From Nitrospirota bacterium (GTDB lineage: Bacteria > Nitrospirota > Thermodesulfovibrionia > SZUA-242), in assembly GCA_027021335.1 (NCBI GenBank), contig JALUUO010000088.1:37916-101915 (forward strand): 64,000 nucleotides of DNA, read 5' to 3'. The position numbers and the translations under genes are program-made. Below, piece by piece: positions 58,871-64,000 of the stretch. Each line of letters starts with the position of its first letter. Position 1 is the stretch's first letter. The notes beneath the pieces were generated by a model. It did no database searches, was not told the DNA's origin, and was given only the letters and a program-made list of their open reading frames with translations.

Positions 58871-60697
58871 ATGGGTCTTTCGGCCGAAAATATAATTGTG
58901 AACCAAAAACGCTCAGACAGTCGCTTGGTCGGCTATGCCATGCGCCTGAAAACCGGCTTTTGCTTGGTGGGGCTAATAGTGGTTTTATCCGGTTTTTTCA
59001 GCGCTTTTTTTATCAGGCCTGCCGAGGCTCTTGCCTCATCCACTGAGGCGCTTGACGTTGTTCTTGCGATTGATGGTTCTGGAAGTATGAAACGTAATGA
59101 CCCTAAAAACCTTAGAAAACAAGCGGCCAAACTTTTTATATCTCTTTTGTCGCCCCGCGACAGGGTTGCTGTAGTAGGCTTCAGCAGTAATGGAGATGTT
59201 CTGTCCGGTTTTAAGAGTACCGGTGATAAAACAAGTAGTGAGAGGCTTTTTCGTGTGATTGATAAAGTATCTTCAAGCGGTCTTCATACGGACATACTTG
59301 ATGCTCTCGAAAAATCCCTGGAGTTGCAGAAAGCCGAACCCAAGGCAGGTCAAAGCAGAATCGTGATACTTATGACCGATGGAAAGGTTGACACAGGAAA
59401 TTCAGAGCGTGACACCCAAAGCGTTATGAGTCTCAGGCAAGAAATTGCCGGTAAGTATAAGGCTGCTGCAACAAGAATATTCAGTATAGCTTTTACCGAA
59501 GAGTCCGATATTGAACTACTTGAGGAGATATCGTTTAAAAGCGGCGGCTCCATGGCGGTTGCCAAAACCAGCGATGATCTGCATCGGATATTCATTCAGT
59601 TTTTCGAAAGTCTTAAGAAGCCTGAAGCAACCCCGGTTAAGGGAAATACTTTTTTGATAGACAGTTCTGTGTCCGAAGCTACACTTATCGCAAAAAAAGC
59701 CTCGCCGGATGTAGAGGTTCAACTTATCACTCCATCCGGAAGTGTTGTAAAAACATTCAGGGAATCAAGCGAGTTTAAAAGGTTTTCGACAGGAGCTTAC
59801 GATCTGCTTACTATGAGGCGGCCGGTTCAGGGCAGATGGAGCATCCGCTTCAGCCATGGAAGTGGCAACAAGGTTGTTCTAATTACAGACCTGAAGCTTG
59901 AATCTTCCATGAAAGAGCCTTTTTTATCCAAGGATATGCATTTGCCGGTGGAGGTTTATCTTACGCAGAACGACGAACTTCTTAATGAAAAGGATATCCT
60001 TGAGTCAACAAGGTTTTCACTTACTGTTTTTGGACCGGGTGCCGAGGATGTAAAGACGATTGAGCTTTTTGACGATGGCAAGGAAGGAGACAGGTACTCT
60101 GATGACGGAATCTTTTCCGCAGTGATAGGTCTTAATGAGACAGGTGATTATAAGCTTATGGCCAACGCTGAAGGAACAACGTTCTCCCGTGTTAAGGAAG
60201 CCGCCTTCAGGGTGAACGATTGGTGGTTTATTCCGACTCTTAACTACATTATGACCGATGGCAAAGGCTTTGTTGATGTGCGTCTAAGAAGCCGCGGTGA
60301 GTTAAGGGCTGAAGAAGTAACCCTTGAGGGAGAACTAAACGATAATGAAAGCAATATAGACCTGAAGTTTGTACCGACTCCTGAGGGGTTCAGGGCTTCT
60401 CTGAGCAGGCCTCTCAAGGCAGGTGCCTACGGTGTAAGTTTAAGGCTAAAACAGGTTCTTGAGATTGGTGCATGGATTGAATACCCGGAAATGGAGATTG
60501 AAGTTTCGGAGGCGGTTGCATCTATTTCGACCGAAAATGAGGCTTCTGATACCCCTCCTTCCGTATCTTCCGGCTGGGGCCGTGCGCTGGCACAATTTTT
60601 TGTAATAAATATTTTAGTTGCTGTTTTTGCCTCGGTTTTGATATACAGGCGGAAATTGCAGAATATATTCCAGGATTTACTTAGGAAGAAAGAATAG
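58871..60697 (+). CDS. Membrane-anchored von Willebrand factor A (vWA) domain protein
   Basis: N-terminal transmembrane helix, a vWA domain with a MIDAS-type motif (LDVVLAIDGSGSM...VVGFSS...LMTDG), a large beta-rich region, and a C-terminal transmembrane helix. The real start may be the internal Met at about 58940. Confidence 0.85.
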   Translation: MGLSAENIIVNQKRSDSRLVGYAMRLKTGFCLVGLIVVLSGFFSAFFIRPAEALASSTEALDVVLAIDGSGSMKRNDPKNLRKQAAKLFISLLSPRDRVAVVGFSSNGDVLSGFKSTGDKTSSERLFRVIDKVSSSGLHTDILDALEKSLELQKAEPKAGQSRIVILMTDGKVDTGNSERDTQSVMSLRQEIAGKYKAAATRIFSIAFTEESDIELLEEISFKSGGSMAVAKTSDDLHRIFIQFFESLKKPEATPVKGNTFLIDSSVSEATLIAKKASPDVEVQLITPSGSVVKTFRESSEFKRFSTGAYDLLTMRRPVQGRWSIRFSHGSGNKVVLITDLKLESSMKEPFLSKDMHLPVEVYLTQNDELLNEKDILESTRFSLTVFGPGAEDVKTIELFDDGKEGDRYSDDGIFSAVIGLNETGDYKLMANAEGTTFSRVKEAAFRVNDWWFIPTLNYIMTDGKGFVDVRLRSRGELRAEEVTLEGELNDNESNIDLKFVPTPEGFRASLSRPLKAGAYGVSLRLKQVLEIGAWIEYPEMEIEVSEAVASISTENEASDTPPSVSSGWGRALAQFFVINILVAVFASVLIYRRKLQNIFQDLLRKKE

Positions 60698-61488
60698 TGA
60701 TCGGTGTTCCGTATCTCGTACTGCTTGGTTTGATAGAAGTTGTAGTCGTCCTTTTTGCGGTTGTGGTTCTGCTTGGAGTTAAGCTGCGGAAAAGTGAGTT
60801 GTCCGTATCTGAAGATGAAGCAGACAATGAGCCTGCCGATATTGAAGCTCTTAAAGATAAAATACGTGTTTTGGAATCCGAACTTGAAGAGGCTCGGGCC
60901 GAATTGTCTGAACTGCAAACAGGGGAAAATTCAGAGGAAGATAAACTGGCAGATATTGAAGCCCTCAAGGAGACAATTCGTGGTTTGGAATCTGAGTTGG
61001 AGAAGGCTTACGCTGTAGAAAAGTCTTCTCCCGACGAGGAATCCCCTGAGCCGGATATGATAAAAGAGGCTGCTGAACCGGACAATGGTGAGAATGTATC
61101 TGCAACTCCCCAGGATGTTGTTCTTATGAACTCTCTCCAGATAAAAATTCTCCGTGAGCAGCAGGTGGAGCTTGCAAGCGTTCTGGAAACTCTCGAAAAT
61201 ACTGACCAGGGATCAGGCGCTCAGGAGACGGCAGAAGAAGTTGCCCGGTTGAAAGATATCGAGCAGAATATTTTAGGAGTTATTGAAGCCTTTGAGAAGG
61301 AGAACTCCGCACTTAAACAGTTGATTGAGAGTTGGGATAGAGACACCGACCGGGAAGGGGTGGATGAAGAGCTTGCGGCCAGCAGAATACGGATTGCCGA
61401 GCTTCAGGAGGAGTTGAGTAAAACCAGGGAGGAGATAACATCTCTTGAGCACGAGTATGATGTTCTTTTTAAAAAAACCAACGGATAA
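60697..61488 (+). CDS. Membrane-anchored acidic coiled-coil protein with tandem imperfect peptide repeats
   Basis: N-terminal transmembrane helix, then repeated ADIEALK(D/E)xIRxLESELE units, and a Glu-rich, helical C-terminal region. A GTG start overlaps the vWA gene stop (TAGTG). Confidence 0.65.
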   Translation: MIGVPYLVLLGLIEVVVVLFAVVVLLGVKLRKSELSVSEDEADNEPADIEALKDKIRVLESELEEARAELSELQTGENSEEDKLADIEALKETIRGLESELEKAYAVEKSSPDEESPEPDMIKEAAEPDNGENVSATPQDVVLMNSLQIKILREQQVELASVLETLENTDQGSGAQETAEEVARLKDIEQNILGVIEAFEKENSALKQLIESWDRDTDREGVDEELAASRIRIAELQEELSKTREEITSLEHEYDVLFKKTNG

Positions 61489-61500
61489 AGGAGGATTCAA

Positions 61501-61776
61501 GTGTTAGAAGGAATGGCTGAGGGTATTTATACTAAAAAAAGTTATGGAAAACTGGGGGTTGGAATTACCGCTAAGGAGTCTTTTGTAGAGACGTTCTGGT
61601 TTCCTTATAAAATGAGCGATGGGTTTGTTGAGGTGATGCTGGTGACGGACAACCTTGAACGGGTCCTTAATTTAAAGGAGAAAATCTCTATCGAGAACTT
61701 TCACAAGGAGTATACTTTAAAGGAAGGCAGTAAGGCCCTTTACGATAAACTTAAGGAGTCACTCTCTCTTTCCTGA
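61501..61776 (+). CDS. Small hypothetical protein (91 aa)
   Basis: GTG start with an AAGGAGG sequence 7 nt upstream. It is tightly linked to the preceding two genes. I recognise no family. Confidence 0.5.
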   Translation: MLEGMAEGIYTKKSYGKLGVGITAKESFVETFWFPYKMSDGFVEVMLVTDNLERVLNLKEKISIENFHKEYTLKEGSKALYDKLKESLSLS

Positions 61777-61881
61777 TTCACATCTTCTGTTGCCTGTAAC
61801 CTTTCTGTTGAAAGACTGCTTGCGGTTTGCTTTTTTGTAATGTATGCTTAATGAATAGAATTATATTATAGATTAGTAAAT

Positions 61882-62065
61882 CCTGACAGCTGCATAAATT
61901 TTTATGTTGAGAGCGTTTAAAGGCTGTTTTTTAGGTGCAGCCGGAGCACTTCCCGGGTTGGCCAGTAGTTATACGTGAAGTTTGTAAAACGTGGGAATAT
62001 GTCTAAAAAGCGTGGTTTGCACGCAGAAAATACGATTTCAATCTAAAATTCATGCAGCTGTCAGG
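61882..62065. repeat. Pair of perfect 14-bp inverted repeats (CCTGACAGCTGCAT / ATGCAGCTGTCAGG) bracketing about 156 bp of AT-rich intergenic DNA upstream of the ExeA-like gene
   Basis: Left arm at 61882-61895 and right arm at 62052-62065. Flanking bases extend the similarity to about 20 bp with one indel. Confidence 0.8.
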
Positions 62066-62120
62066 TTTACTTGATGATGTTTTAAATTTTTTTAAACCCT
62101 TCAGCCTAAAGACCTGAAAA

Positions 62121-63779
62121 ATGTACAAAAAACACTTCGGCCTTAAAGACAAACCTTTCAACCTGACTCCTGATCCGGCATATCTTTATCTTAGTGGCTC
62201 TTGCAATAACGCACTGGAACATTTTTCCTCCCTGATTTCCGGAAAAAACAGGCTTGTTGTATTTACCGGAGCAATAGGTTCGGGGAAAACAGTACTTTTA
62301 AGGTCATTTGTTAAGAAAGTCTCTGCTGAAACAGAACTTATACATTTTAATTATGCAGGCGATGACCGAAGTCAGTTTCTGCAAGTCGCCCTTCATGCTT
62401 TTGGAGCCGGAGAGGTTGATTCGGCTGCTGCTGACCTGGGTTGTCTTCGTGATGAATTTAAAAAACTTCTGGCTGGCAAAATCCGAGAAGACGGCTGTCT
62501 TGTATGCGTGATAGATGAAGCTCAGAATCTTGGTAAATCCGCTCTTGACGAGGCCTGGAGGATGTTGGATGTCGAGATTGACGATCGTCGTCCTGTGCGT
62601 ATGCTGCTTGCGGGGTTACCCAAACTCCAGGAACGTGTTAAATCATTGAAAAGAAAGGATTCTGCTGACAATGGGATTGTATCGTACCATCTGGAACTGC
62701 TATCCGGAAACGAGGTTGCTGAGTATATACGGCACAGGCTATCTGTTGCGGGTTTTCAGGGTGCATCCGTTTTTTCAGATGACGGAGTAAAGGATATCGC
62801 ACGTGTATCAGAGGGAACGCCGAGGTTAATTAACATAATTTGTGATTCCGCCCTTTTGAACGCTTATTTTATGGAAGAACGATCTGTTACCCCGGAAATA
62901 CTGAAAGAGGTTTTCCAGGATCTTTTCTATAAAAGCGGACTCATGGATAGGAGTATTTCTTCGTCGTCAATTGAATTGTTATCTTCCGGCATAAAGAGCG
63001 CGAAAAATGTTGTTGCAGATCCTGCCGACCTGCATGCTCTACGGCAAGGTGATGGCGGGATTGTGACCAAAGCTTATTATCGCGAAGTTACGACTGGATC
63101 AGATACGGAAACTGCGGAGCCGGAACGTCCGGACCAGGTTGCAGGAACCTCAGAAAAAACAGGTGTGCAACTGTTGGATAGAATTATAGATTTCGCTGAT
63201 TCGCTTACCGGCCTTGGAGTCTCCAGGGATGCTGCTATGGATGCTTTCAGGGATTACGTGGGCGCTGATAAGCCTGGTGAGAGATCTATTGAACTGGATT
63301 CTGACGATCTTCCCTTGTCGGTGCTGCTTCTTGAAAAAAATGCGCGTATGAAGATGCACCTGGAAAACAAGTTTCACGAGGTGGGTTTTAACCCTATTGT
63401 TCTTACAAGTTCGGGTGATCTTTTCGAAGTTCTTAATTCTGCCGATCCACTGGAAATTCAGGTTTTGGTAGCGGATGCTGGTTATTTTATTGAAGATGGG
63501 AAAAACAATAATTTCGAAGGATGGGACGAGTTAAAACGTATACGGGCTGATTATGCGTACCTGCCCTTGCTGATTACATCCGTGATGCCGCTTACGACTG
63601 TCCGTGCAAACTTTATACAGGTCGGGATACCGTTTCTGCTTCACAAGCCTGATTTGGGCCGTATGGATCTCTCCATGGTCAGGCGTGAGTTCGGCAGGTT
63701 TTTCCAGGAGCTTTATGGAAGTGTGATCGGAATACATTCCATGTTCAATGCTTTTTACCGGAGGGTTTCCGGTGTTTAA
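62121..63779 (+). CDS. ExeA/GspA/MshM-family AAA+ ATPase with a C-terminal extension of about 250 aa
   Basis: N-terminus MYKKHFGLKDKPFNLTPDPAYLYLS...GAIGSGKTVLLRSF is the ExeA-family signature and Walker A. The C-terminal half is not typical and may be receiver-like. Confidence 0.8.
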   Translation: MYKKHFGLKDKPFNLTPDPAYLYLSGSCNNALEHFSSLISGKNRLVVFTGAIGSGKTVLLRSFVKKVSAETELIHFNYAGDDRSQFLQVALHAFGAGEVDSAAADLGCLRDEFKKLLAGKIREDGCLVCVIDEAQNLGKSALDEAWRMLDVEIDDRRPVRMLLAGLPKLQERVKSLKRKDSADNGIVSYHLELLSGNEVAEYIRHRLSVAGFQGASVFSDDGVKDIARVSEGTPRLINIICDSALLNAYFMEERSVTPEILKEVFQDLFYKSGLMDRSISSSSIELLSSGIKSAKNVVADPADLHALRQGDGGIVTKAYYREVTTGSDTETAEPERPDQVAGTSEKTGVQLLDRIIDFADSLTGLGVSRDAAMDAFRDYVGADKPGERSIELDSDDLPLSVLLLEKNARMKMHLENKFHEVGFNPIVLTSSGDLFEVLNSADPLEIQVLVADAGYFIEDGKNNNFEGWDELKRIRADYAYLPLLITSVMPLTTVRANFIQVGIPFLLHKPDLGRMDLSMVRREFGRFFQELYGSVIGIHSMFNAFYRRVSGV

Positions 63780-63817
63780 AAAGATTTGTTTTTAAAACCA
63801 GTAGGAGGAAGAAAGTA

Positions 63818-64000
63818 ATGGAGAATAGGCAGAGGATAGGTGAACTTTTACTTGATCTCAATATTGTCAGCAAGGAGGATCTGAACCTGGCAATCGAGGA
63901 GCAGAAACGTACAGGAAAGCGTCTTGGAGCAACGTTGCTCAAGATGGAAATTCTTTCCGAGGAGGATCTTGAGTATCTTCTGAGCAGGCAGTTGAATACG
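63818..64000 (+). CDS. GspE/PilB/MshE-type secretion/pilus ATPase. Only the N-terminal T2SSE_N/MshEN domain is present. The 3' end is cut off at the window edge.
   Basis: MENRQRIGELLLDLNIVSKEDLNLAIEEQKRTGKRLGATLLKMEILSEEDL matches the GspE N-terminal domain. An AGGAGG sequence lies 9 nt upstream of the ATG. The ORF runs off the window. Confidence 0.7.
   Translation, partial: MENRQRIGELLLDLNIVSKEDLNLAIEEQKRTGKRLGATLLKMEILSEEDLEYLLSRQLNT

Overview
The 64 kb window looks like chromosomal DNA from a delta-proteobacterium-like (Desulfobacterota-type) anaerobe. That guess rests on gene content (multiheme cytochrome c, three-domain NifU with NifS, many hybrid histidine kinases) and is inference only. 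Most of the window is dense, operon-organised core genome. There is a 5'-truncated methyl-accepting chemotaxis protein gene, then a complete, colinear division/cell-wall (dcw) cluster on the minus strand running mraZ-rsmH-ftsL-ftsI-murE-murF-mraY-murD-ftsW-murG-murC-murB-ddl-ftsQ-ftsA-ftsZ. Upstream of mraZ sits a very clean promoter followed by a three-copy GTGG(G) repeat that I read as an MraZ operator. Next come speE, a dCMP deaminase, a standalone IMP cyclohydrolase (the N-terminal half of PurH), rpmB, ylxR-infB, a DsbA-like lipoprotein with a multiheme cytochrome, and a purine permease. A signal-transduction island follows: two tandem paralogous hybrid kinases, a single-domain receiver, a PstS-like binding protein and an orphan cheD. 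After that come an FmdB zinc-ribbon gene, a polyprenyl-phosphate sugar transferase, the other half of PurH (the AICAR transformylase domain), argS, a B12-binding radical-SAM gene, nifU-nifS, a GldF/GldG-like ABC system with a DUF4340 gene set divergently from motA-motB, an LplA/LipB-family gene, mnmE-yidC-yidD-rnpA-rpmH, a YkgJ cysteine-cluster gene, a REC-SHOCT regulator, and a GAF/PAS histidine kinase. A Val-Asp-Arg tRNA cluster then leads into a membrane vWA protein, an acidic coiled-coil protein, a small protein, and an ExeA-like ATPase next to a GspE/MshE-type ATPase gene that runs off the window end. I saw no CRISPR array, transposase or integrase. Observations worth a second look are a 65-bp element present twice at 91% identity in 3' intergenic regions, the PurH domains split about 15 kb apart, rnpA with no canonical start overlapping an uncalled rpmH, and perfect 19-bp direct repeats upstream of rpmH. 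Others are a 14-bp inverted-repeat pair bracketing about 156 bp upstream of the pilus-type genes, the tandem kinase/PstS/CheD module, a cytochrome fused to a degenerate phosphoesterase-like domain, and a tRNA-adjacent vWA/coiled-coil operon.
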